A stretch of DNA of 63,986 bases, counting the filler, from an uncultured bacterium (GTDB lineage Bacteria; Auribacterota; CAZIXI01), in assembly GCA_964543115.1 (NCBI GenBank). It is 4 parts of 4 records of this genome, joined end to end, with 100 filler letters (N's around TTAATTAATTAA, not from the genome) between each part and the next. Parts side by side here need not be neighbours in the genome. Positions count along the whole stretch, not along the records: positions 1 to 17,488 come from CAZIXI010000048.1; 3 more parts are not named here. The stretch is one strand, 5' to 3'. The notes below the pieces were generated by a model that saw nothing but the letters and a program-made list of their open reading frames with translations, was not told the origin of the DNA and ran no database searches. The first letter of the stretch is position 1, and each line of letters opens with the position of its first letter. The translations under genes and the position numbers were made by a program. Below, one piece after another: positions 1 through 12,000 of this stretch.

Positions 1-3000
1 TGTTCCGTGAATATCATTATACGGTCTTTTGTCGTCTCTACGCCTGTTTAAGTCCACAAACGCGCCATGCAAAGAAATAAAATGCAGATCCGGACATTTT
101 TCTGCCAGCCGGCTGACAAACAGCTCCTCTTCATTGCGGAAGGCAGGATTCTGGCTGGCAAGCATTTGCAGCATATCCCGGAAAGTAACATAATCAATCT
201 CACTGGCGGCAAAAAATTCTGTTCGTATTCTGTGTAGATGCGCCTTCACGTAATCTCTGGCTTTGCCGCTGCCTTCTTTGATTCCTTCTTCATGCAGCCG
301 GCAAATATCATCTTTTTCTTTCCGGAATAATTCTATAAGCCTAAGCAAGGCCCGGCCGAATTGTCTATTTGTTTCTGCACTATTACCATTAAGAGTAAAA
401 GTGCCCGCCGCCATTGCCTTTGCTGTCTCCAGCAAATAGTCATAAGAATTAAGCGCATAACCCAAGGGCCGGTAATTTACGGGAAATTCCACAAATAAGA
501 TTTCTCCCGGCAAATAATGACGCTGAAGCTCACTAACCACATCCTCCAGCGGTTCCAGAGGATGATGTTTATTGTAAAAAGCAACAACCCGGGGATTGTT
601 TCTGGTTATTTCGCTCAAAACATAACTAAAAAAACCTATCTGCCCGCCCTTGGGCGCCAGCGACTGTAACGATCTTATCTCCTCCTCGGTTAGCGCTCGC
701 CAGTGTCTGGCGGTTAAAATTAATTCATCAATAATTACATTCAAAACAGTTGACGGAAGTTCCGTTTCCTTAATGAAATATTCCGTGAGAATAGTCAACG
801 TCTCCTTAACCTTTCTTTTAACAAAACTATCATCTCCAATATCCAATGTGCGTAGATTATGCATCCGGTCAGCTATTTTTATTGTTTGGGCGGCGGCAAG
901 GATCTGCCGGTCATTTATTGTATCAGTGCCGAAGATCACCTTTTCGATATAGGCCTTATCGCGCTGGGCGACACTAGCAAAGTAGTCAACTAAGGGTTTT
1001 TGTAATATATAAACAATATCCGCAACTTCCCGGCCAAAGGCCTCTCTGATTGCGCCAATATTGGTACGCGAATCCTCCGGTACATCATGCAGTAAAGAGG
1101 CAATGATCCATTGGGGATCTGTTACCTTCAGTTCTTCAATCAAGATCCTGGTTGTTTCAATACAATGAAGGGTGTAGGGAGTTTCACCATCTTTACGAAT
1201 AACACCCAGATGTGATCGGTGCATTGCCTGAAAGGCCTCAAATAATATTTTTTCATCTATCTTTACGTCATGTTTGTTTATTGCCTGCTTTAGTTGATTC
1301 CAGCCCTTTTCAATTTCCCAGTTTTGCCGCTCGATCTCATCTAGATAAGATACGAGTTTATGCTCAGCTTCTGCTCTCCTCGGGCCGCTTTTCCAAAGAA
1401 TTGGTTTAATCAAGGCCACAATTTCTTCCACCCTCTTTTCCAGCCCTTCACTCAAACTGTTAGCAAACATGTGGCGCACGCTGGCCGCGTCCACAAGCTG
1501 AACCACTTCCAAGAGCTCCAGATCCCTCACGTCCGTTAAATCATTAATAAATTCTACCAGGGAAATTTCTGTTTCTCCGTAGCGGGCCAGGTCAGCAAGC
1601 ACGGAATGATATTTGATCAGCACGAGATCAGCTGCTATTTCTTCTTGACTAGACCCTAACCGCTGCAAAATCGGCCCGGCAATTTCTGCTGATTTTTCTG
1701 GATGCTCTACATAAGCCAGCGCTCCGTATTCAGGATCCTCTTGTAGGGCCAGAATTTTACCGAAATCGTGTAAAAACAAAACCCGGCACAACCGTTGTCT
1801 ATCTTCTTCGGTGACGATCTTCTTTGCAATGATCTTATCGAAATATTCCTCTTCCAAGCGGGTAAAAATCAGCAGAATATGATCCTGGGGACTGACATGA
1901 TGTTTCTGCCGAAAGGCCTCATTATCAAACAGGGCCACCCAATCCCGCCATTCCGGCACAAGCACAGCTATCCAGCCATTATCAATATATAGCTGCAGAT
2001 TGTCTTTACTGGAAAGCATATATCCAAATGCTTCCCTTTTAAGCGCTAGCAGAAATTCTGAATCTTCAGTAACAACACCGGCTAATAATTCGATTGCGGC
2101 AATTAAAACCGCCTGATTGCCGCCGGCAAGCCTCTTGAACAAGCTTAATCCCTCCTCTGTCAGCCACTCTTCATCCTTACAACCGCATTCATGCGCTAAT
2201 TCATGATGCAGGCCTACAATTAAGAGGATGCGGGCCACCAGCTTTCCGGGAGATTTATCGCGCCGGATAATTTCTAGAAATTGTCTATTAATGCCAACAA
2301 AGCCGTTCCTCCGGCAGTCAACAAATAAAGTTGGTGATTCCGCAACCAAACCAATTGCCAGCATGTTATTCAGACCTCCCCTCCCTGCCGCTGGAATTGC
2401 TGTATATGCCTCAGCCAAGATCACCAGCAGATCACCCCAACAGGCCGCAATTTCTTCGGCTAACTCTTGATCAACACTCAGTTCTACTTTGGCCTGCGGC
2501 CAATATTGCCCTACCTTCACTCCGCTGTTATCATAAACTGTTTGCTTACTTGCATCTTTTAAGCGCAGCCCAGCAAACTCTTCTTCCGCCGTTATTGTTG
2601 GCCCCTTATCTGCCTGATAAGCAGCATAGGAGGCAGAGCCGGTTTCTGCCACCTCATGCATCATGGCTGTTCTGATTTGCACCTCAAACTCCTGACCGCC
2701 ATCTGCCAGGGCATAGACAGCATGCAGGGATTGATAGCCATTGGGTTTGGGATTTTTAATATAATTTTTACTTTTCAGTGGATCAGCCAAAAAGAAAAAC
2801 AGCCTGTTATCAGCTACGATGTTGGCGATTTCCTCACAAAGATCACTCTTTTTCCTTTCTGTTAAAGGATATTGCGCATCCTCTCGGTCAGCGATAATTA
2901 CCCGGAAGGCCAAAAGATCATGAATATCTTCTATACGCTTGATATTCGGATGATTCGCGGCAACTGATCTCTTTAATTTATCGTCACTGCTCCAGACACC

Positions 3001-6000
3001 TTTCTCCCTGCCAGTTATCACTATTTCAATCTTGTTTTTAATCCTATTCGGCAACTCTGCCAGAATCAGCTGTTTCAGCGATTCAGCCAGAGCAGTAGTT
3101 GTCTGCGCGCAGCCCAACTGCCCGGCCAAATCCTCTTTCAGCCTTTTTAGCTGAACGTTTCTGCTTTTTGCCGCCATTTTGTAGCGCTTAGGGTAAACTG
3201 ACTCATAGAGCGAATCTATTAGTTTAGAACTTAGCTCTACGCCAAAATGCTGCTTGAATAACGGCCGGAAGATCCGGACAATCTCCTCATAGAGATAATA
3301 GCCTTCATCATCAGCTCCGGCAGGAACTTCAATCGTCGGATTTAATGTCTGCGCCAGCCGGTAACAAAAAACAAGAATGGCCAGCACCTGATCCGCCTCC
3401 GGCTCATCCGGCTCCATTAACTCACTGAAAAACTGGTAATAATCATGATACTTATCTGCATTACTCACATCCAGCCGCATTTCTTTAAGCACCCGCAGCC
3501 GCTTAACTCGCCTGGCTACCTCTTCAGGCAATCCTTGCGGTTGAAGGTCCCGAGGCAACAGGCTCCAGAGAAGGAGCCGGCGCGCCCTGTGTGTTTTTTT
3601 TCCTTTTATTAATTGACGCGGCAGGCGGTCGCAAATAACCATGGCATTAAGGATATCGTAGAATTCTGGCAGCCGCTCATTCTGCACACACCATTCCAGC
3701 ACGCGCTTGAAATTTGCTTTTGATCTCTTAAAGCCGAGGACCTGCATAAGCTTATCGTAAACATGAAAAGTTTTTGTTGAGTCTTTTTCCTCTTCAGCAG
3801 TCTTTACGGTAAGATGTTCAATGTTTGTTCTGCGAGCATAGTTTTCTTTGCTAAGGTATACTTTAATAATGCGATTTAACACATCTCCGTCTCTTCGTTT
3901 TCTTAAGGGAGAACAGGAGATTATTTCAATAATTTCTTCTTTCTTGATTAATTCTTCTTTTAAGGCAGCAGAAAAATAGCAGGTAATTCCCTGGCGCGTC
4001 TTACCGTTAATGTCGATATTTAAAGGCAGAATAAGCCCTTCGGCAATTAAATCCCTTTCCTTGTCCCTGACCAAAACATACACATCTTCCGGATAATGCA
4101 ACTTAATTACCTTCTCCGCTCGCTTTAGCTGCTGTAGTACTTTTTTAAATAACTTCCTTTTTCCTTTTCCCCAGAAAAACAAATGCCGCAGTAACAGTCT
4201 CCTCTGTACGGCACGAAAAAGCTCTTCTTCTCCTATTTTGGGCAACGGATGCTTTTCCCGTTCCTTGCGCAAAACCCTAATAATTTCATCCTGAATTTCT
4301 AAGGCTAGCGGCCGTTTCTGCGGTGCCTTCAGCCCACGAATAATTCCCCCATCACTCTGCCGCCTTCCCTTATTCAGCCAAAATCGCCAACTAGTTAAAG
4401 CTGAATCCGTTAATGGCAACCAGCTGATCAGTGCTGCTGCATTGGCGGCAATAATATAACTCAGAGTAATAATGGAAAACGGCGAATGGATACCGTAAAA
4501 AACAAGTACGGTTAATATTGCCAGTGCGCCGCTCGCGGTAAAGGAATTGAGCCGTGGGCCCAAACGGGCAACTGTCTTTCTTAACTCTGTTAATTGCAGT
4601 TCCGCAGCGGCAGATATCTTACCTCTTGCTTTAACCTCTGTCCAGAGCCAGTGAAATTTGAAGTCTACTTTAGGATAATCTTCATACTTCTGCAGAATAT
4701 TGTTTCTAATCTTGCCGAAGAGATAATGTCCTACCACCTCATGAAAGAACCAGGGTGAAAGAAAGGCAAATACCAGCCAACACAGCTTGATAATTATTTC
4801 TGTACTGAAAACAAGCAGCAGGGAAATGTTGGGGAAAAATATCTGCTGCACCAAAAACGCCACTACTGCACCAACACCCACTGCAAAAACAAGATCCGCC
4901 GGCAGGAAAGGAACCTCTCCCTTTTCTTCCTCTTCTCTTCTCGCAATCTCCCGCTCAAATACATCCTTGCCATCACTGTCTTCATAGCCCAATTGCCGCC
5001 GAATATTATCCTGCACAATTGAAGCATGTCCCTGATCATCATCCTGATATTCTAACCTCTCCCTGGACGAAGCCAAATCCTTTGCCCTCGTGCGCTTTGA
5101 TACAGCCTGTATCTCAGCTGCAGTTTGATGAAAAACATACCTTATTCCCTTAAGGTCAGCGGAACTTAAACCGGAAATATTAAATATCTCCGGCCAGTGT
5201 TCATCGAGAGTAAAACCCGGCAGCAGCACCGGGGCCTCAGCCAACAATTTGAAGACCGCATAAAACCGGTTATGGTTTTCTTTGATTTTATCGGCGGAAT
5301 ATTTCCCCAACAAATAACTGAACAGGTGATGAACTCCTTCCCCTTCCGCCCAGGCGGCACTGTTTCGACGTGGTACTATGATAAAATTATGCACGTAAGC
5401 GTAAACATAATCAAAACTCTGCTTTTCTTCCGCTAACAATAAATCAGCCAGATATTCCCTGAATAGCGGACTTTGCCCCAGGGCGGCACTGACCAGGTTC
5501 GATATAAAAAAATATCTGTAAATCCCCTCAGTCAATAATGCCCGCAGCGCCTCTTCCTGATCACCTCGGCAAAAATCCTCTAATCTGCCGATCAAAGCCG
5601 GATAAATATATTTTGTAATGCGCCGGTATGCCAGAGAAGACTTATCCCCATCATTGATATACTGATCAAAGGGACCGATAATCAGTGCTAATTCCTGCGG
5701 ATTATCTATGCAGCCGACCGTCAAGGACAGCAGCTGCGCCAACCTTCCCTCCAAGAGCGGGTTGTTCACTTCCCTGCTTAGCAGCCTATGCAGCAGGAAG
5801 TAACGAAACGATTGATTGTTTTTTATTTGTTCCAGCAATTGATCATGCTCTGGATTATCCGGCATCAGCGATCTGAAGACTGCTGTTTCCGCTTCACTCT
5901 GAGTATAGTCCCCCCTTAATGATTCTGTATCTACATTCCTGGACAAAACATCCAACTCTCTTCTTATCCCGTCTACGGTATAACCAGCCGGCAGATCAGC

Positions 6001-9000
6001 GCTGCACTTTTTCAGCATCTCAGTTAAAACACGAACAAATATTTTTGCCCTTTCTGTATTCAGATAATACATTCCCCTGGCGGCAATTCTCAGAGCATCT
6101 TCTATCTGATCCGGATGATAAATAATCAGGGTAACCAGCTGCCGGCATATCGTCAAGGCCTCATCGGCCGCCTGCGTATCGTCAATATTATTGTTGCCGA
6201 CCATTCTTCCTATCCGCCTTTCCAGCATCCGCCGGATGGGCATGATTTCCCTCTGCATCTCCGGCAGTAAACTTTTGTGTTCCGGAATCCCCTGGAGTCC
6301 GAGCACAACGGCAATCTCGTCACCATAATCCCTGTTGATTATCTCCCTGCCTAGATGACCGGCCCGCAGTCCGGCTTCCAGCAGGAGCTCAGAATCCGCT
6401 TCTTCAGCCAGCAATTGCTGCAAACGGTAATATTCGATTAATAAAACAATTAAATTCAGCCCTCTTCTATCATACAGCTGCGCCCGCACCTTCGGCTCCT
6501 TATCACCGATGAAATCAGCTACCTCTTTTGAGACCGCCAAAATGTCTTCTTCCTCTTTATCTTTAATTACTATTCTGCTGAGCAAAAGAGAGAAGTAAAG
6601 ATACCTATTCACTGTGTTTCGCGTTGTCAGGTAACATTCTACCCGCCCCTGAACATCCTGAACGGCATCACGATCTCCGACCTTCAGCAACAGTTCTTCA
6701 ACCAGCACCTTAATGGCATTTCTCTCATCTTCGGAAAGATAGTACAGTTTTTTATTTTTATACAGAAGCACCAGATCAATTAGTTCTTCTGCCATAATTA
6801 CATCTTCAGAAGATTCTTGCCGGAAAACATCTCTTTTATGGCGGGCAATTAATCTTTTTTTGCCATCACCGTAGAGGTAGTGATAATAGAGATCCCGACC
6901 GCCGGCAAGTTCCTGTCTCTCTGCCACCGACAACTGACGAAAATGCCGCGCCTTAGCTTTGCCTACGGCAGTCCCGTCCCGCTTATAAACAGAATCACGC
7001 GGCGGTATTTTCTCTCCGGGACAAACAGCAAGAATAACAGAATCCACTTTTTCTTTTAGTTCACGATAACCCTCTCCTTCCACCTTGCCTTCCAATACCG
7101 GCAGATATTTGTCCATCAGCATTTGCATCATCTTCATTCTTTCAGCACGCGGTAGCTCCAGCATGCATATTGCACGCGAATATCCCTCAAAATCACGTAG
7201 ATATTGTATCTCAACATGTTTGTTTTTATTTATTCTCGCTAAGCACGTCATTATCCTTGTTGACCTATTAAATATATGATCGCTTTCATCCGCTGAAACA
7301 GCAGACTTTTTCTTTGCCGCTTGATCAGTACTATCCATAAATGCCTGATGCCCGGCAGTAGCTCTTATGTCCGGAAACACATCTACTATTTCTCTTAATC
7401 CCCCGGCAGGTGAATCCGCCAGGAAATGCAGCCATAATTCTGCCATAATTACTTCCTCATCCCCGGGCTCTCTTATCTTTTTACCTTCAGAAACAACAGT
7501 ATTACCCTGCGTATAAGCTTTGCTGCCTTTCTTGAAAGGCATAACCGCAGCTTCATCTCCAATAACAAATAGACGTCTTTGATCCAGCAATAAGCCGGCC
7601 ACCTCATCACAAATCCCTTCCATTGTGTATTCACCAAACGGGGACCGATCATAACCGAGCAGTGTTTCAGTCCGCGCCCAATTGAGTACTTCACCGGTTT
7701 TGGGCAGGGCAGAGGTGTTTATTATCGGTAATATCCGCTTTTTGCCATCCAGGGACACCAAATAATTGGGAAAATAGGAGGTGTAGGGAAAAAACGACCA
7801 AACCGCCTTGCAGAACTCCCGGTACGTCGAATACAGCTGCTTTATATATAAGGCATAAAACAATAATTCTGTAATTTTTTGTTTAAACTCATCTGGAGAT
7901 TCTATATACAACTCGGTCAGCACGGGATGTGACACAACGGCATTAAAGCCCTCAGCTTTTAATATCTGCCGCATATCAATTGCCTCTTGTGTATGATCCC
8001 CTACTTCATCGATAAAATCCTGCAGCAGATGCGCCAGATCCCGCACCGCCTCTTCCTGTCCCTGCCAAATACCCTCATAAGTTATCGCAACCTGCGGTTT
8101 AATCTTTGTGGCTTTTTTCTTTTTCTTTCTTTTCGCACCGCCCACAAGGGCAATCTTTTTCGGTCCGGGATCTTTCGGCGGCATGATCTCAACACAATAT
8201 AACTGTAAACCTTCATTGCTAAGATCATTTAACACTCTTTTTCTATTATTAACGCGATAGGCATAATCGTCATTCTCCACCTGTTCTTCAGCAAGCACCA
8301 ACCGGTATTGCTCCGGCTTGTCCGCCTCCGCCTCTTTGCGGACAACAAAGAACCGCCGTTTTCTACTAATAAATCTATTTAGTTCCTCAAACTCCGCCCT
8401 GTCCAGATCACCCTGTTCCCACAATAGCTCCAGTTTTGCATCGTAAGTACCTTTTAGTTCCAGGCCTAAGCGGGCTAAGAAAGCTGTAAAATTATCATCC
8501 GCACGCCGTCCCTCGGCCAGAGAAACAACCAGTTCCTCTCCTTCTGCCATCCGCTCACTGGCGGCAATCAAAGTATCCTTTATTTCACTTACCGTCATTC
8601 CCGGCTTAATGGTTAAAACCTCCGCCGTTAAACTTTGCGATTTCAGAAAACGACTGTTCAACAATTTTTCATCAAGAATATCCAGGTATTCACTTTCCGG
8701 CCGGCCGGCTACCAGCGCCGCCATTTCCTTACTCCAATCAACACCGCATGATTTTAATGCCAGCCAGTCATCAACCACCAGCAGGCAGGCCAGTAGGCGT
8801 TCGAGGCCAGAGCGATCACGTTTAGCAAAAACACTTCCCGCCGTAATGATATTTCTCTCACGGCTATCTTTTCTTTTCCATTGCTTTTCAGCCAAAGAAA
8901 GAAACTGGGTGTCCACATAAGGAAACAAAAACTCTATCTCCCGCCATTCCAGCAAGCGGGCAATGGCCTCGTCAAATTCTGCCAGTCCGTTAAATACGCT

Positions 9001-12000
9001 TTTGCCGGCAGATAACCGTGCGGCTAATCTCTCATTAATCCTATTTGTCAGCAGCCACATTTCAGCTGTTAGATGCTGCTTTTTAGCAGCGAGAATCTGC
9101 CGGATACTGCGCCGGTCACTTTGAGCGGTCAAATTACCCACAGTCTGGTACTTACGGATCAATTTCTTTAACCGAACAAATTCTTCACCATGTTTAACAA
9201 TCAATCGCTGACGTCTTTCTTCCGCCTGCCAGATAGCCGCCATCTCACGGACAATTTTATCTAATGCCTCATTAACAGCAGTTACCTCTGCTAAATTCCT
9301 TTTATTTAAATCAGTTTTAGTAAAATCCTTAACCTGTTCATATCTTTTCCTTAATTCTCTTCCCAGCCGGGGCACTAAATTCTCCTTTTCTTTTATTTCC
9401 GCCAACTTAACGCGGAATTCCTCTTCCCGCTTTGGGGTAATAAAGACCGTCAATTCTTCCAGCTCGGCAACCAGATCATAAAGCCCGCCCACAACCTCTT
9501 CATTAAAGATATCCGGATAGGCCCGCGCCGCTTCCACCCGCTTTTGCAAATCACCTTTTACATAATCCGCTAAAATATTGGGCGGGGAAATCTCTGCCGC
9601 TAATAACTCCTCAATATATTCTTTCAATTCTGGAATTTCATTCACCTTTTCCGCCTGCTGTTTTAATTGATCACTGTGTCTTAATCCATTCGCCAGTTTT
9701 TCAGCTAACAGCCTGGCGGCCTCTTCTCCTTCCTCGTTCATTGATAATTTTCCATCCCGGCCATCCACTGCCGCAATCAGCTCCTCCTCCGGCAAAAGAT
9801 CAAGATTCTCCGGTTCCGCCGTTAACTGTCTTTTCCCTGTACCGCCTTCATAAACAAAGGTCAGGGCATCTTTTTCATCTTCAGTCAAGGTGAGATCAAT
9901 CATCCCTCTTTTTTGTAAAACAATCACGCTGAATTGTTTTGTCTTGGCATTGGGATTTTGTTCCCTGGTTAGAACACGTTTTTGTAAAACAACCTTAAAT
10001 CCCATTTTGCTTAAGATCTGGGCAGCGGATTCCGGCAAAATGTTTCCCGCCGGCAAGGCAACTACACAGCAGCCGCCAAAACGCAGGAGGCGGTAAATAC
10101 CAGTAAACCAGCTAAAAAGATCCTTCTCTCTCTTCACGTCATTGCAAGAAACAATAAGCTCATAAACACCTTCACCTTCCTTTTCTTCCCTGATTATTCG
10201 GCCATTAGTTATATCCCGCAGATTGGCAGTGTGTATTTTTCCTCTGACCCTCCGCCCATTACTGCCAAAGTATTCTCCCCGGCTGTCTACTATATGATCA
10301 TCCACCTGCCAGGGAAATTCTGCTTCTTCACCTGTTTCTACCTTAAAGGACTCATGCAACATGGACAAACGGCTGTCCACTTCCAGTACCCTCACCTCGC
10401 CAGTAAATTCTTTGCCAAACTTATCCCTAAATGTATTTCCCAGCCAGCGGCCGAATCCCCAACCCCAGGTTATTTTTAATGAATCCAGTGGTTTGCGATC
10501 AAACCTGTCCCGGTATTCACCGTATTTCTTGCCGGCAATTTTAAGATAGTCAATCGCTGGGACAAGTTTCTCGCGGTAGATTAAGACAACCTGCTGCAGC
10601 AGTGTTTTTACCGGATCCAGAAATTCCTGTTTATGCAAACTGATATGATGTTGACGAAATAGCTGCAGAAGGTCGCTCAATACCAGCAATTCCGCATCAT
10701 TACAGGGAAAAGGACGCCGAAAATCCAGCCTTTTATAAGCGGGAACAATATTTTCGGCAAAGTAACAGCACCAGAGCAGAACCTCTACCAGGTCATCTTC
10801 CTTTAAGACAGTTTTATCTATTTCCAGAGAATCAACCAACTTTTGGTGGAGGGTTCGGTAAAGCGACATGAATCCGCGTTCCTCGTTCTTTGTGAATGAC
10901 GGTGCCTGGCCACCACTGTATTCCTTGTATTTGCGGCATAATGAGTTAAATGCCTCCCGGGCAGCTTTTTGCCTGTTTAACTGCAGCGCCAAATGACGCT
11001 GAAACTTTGACAATAGCGCCATGCGCGGGATAATCTGCTCTTTAATCCGTTGACGGGAAACAAGTTTGGGAACATTAATCTTATCAAAACGCCTATCTCC
11101 GTTAAGCGCGCGTTCCATACAGGCGTCATTAACCAATTCAAAGAAACGTGCCTCATCACCGCTGCAAACAGTATTGATCAGTCCGCTGGTCTTAAAACCC
11201 AGACTGCCCCGCAGCACAGCATTACCATAATTGCCGCTATCCAGCTCACGCCAGCGGCGCAACAATTCCATCACCGCTTCTTCATCAGTAAGCGGTACTG
11301 AACGGCGGCGAAAAACAATAAGTTCACCCCGGCTGAGTGTCTGATCGGTTTCCCCCCGGTACTGTTTCAATAGCTCAATCAAGCGGAGAATATATTTTTT
11401 GGCCAGTTCCCGGTCATGTTTCTTCTGTGCTCCTCTTTTTTCCACCCATTCCGGCACCCGCACCCAGGCAGTTAATCCCAAGTGGTAAAGAATATAGGAT
11501 ATGCGGTCGCGAAAGCGCAGTTTGTGCTTTTTGACAACATAACGATCTCTGTTTCGCCTGCTCTTGTACCAGCGGAAAACATTTTTTGCCCTTCTCTCAC
11601 CAATCCCTCCGCTGTCAAAATCCTCCTGAATAAATTCATTATAGAAAAGATGCCCCAGCACTCTCACTCCCGGTAAGGCCTGGATAAGGCCGAGCAATGG
11701 CTGGGCATCGGCTTCGGCCAGATTCTCCTGAATTATCTGTAACTGTTCCAGCCGCGGCAGCCAGGCCCGGTCCGCCGGCAGTTCCAAGGCGTAACCAGCT
11801 AGGGCCACGGCCTCAGCATAAGCACAATCCGGCTGAATAATTTTTAATTCTTCTAAAATAGTTAAATAATTCTCATATAGTTTATTATTTTCGCTGCCGC
11901 CAAAGCGGCAACATAAAAGCGCGCTGAAACGCGCATCAACGCCGTTTTGACGGCGTTCAACCTCTGCCTGAAAATCCGCTCTCCTGTCTCCGGCCAATAC

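Noticed and set aside
5050..6400. Possible NadD/HIGH-family nucleotidyltransferase domain in the giant ORF (FIIVPRR, GFTLD, LASSRERL)
   Set aside because: No GxFDPxHxGH motif, and the candidate motifs are scattered; too weak to call without a profile search.
650..11676. Dozens of 60-115-aa ORFs in the track here, and similar ones opposite the other long genes (e.g. 41508-52017, 63650-63937)
   Set aside because: They are antisense or out-of-frame shadows of long ORFs, with no recognisable motifs.
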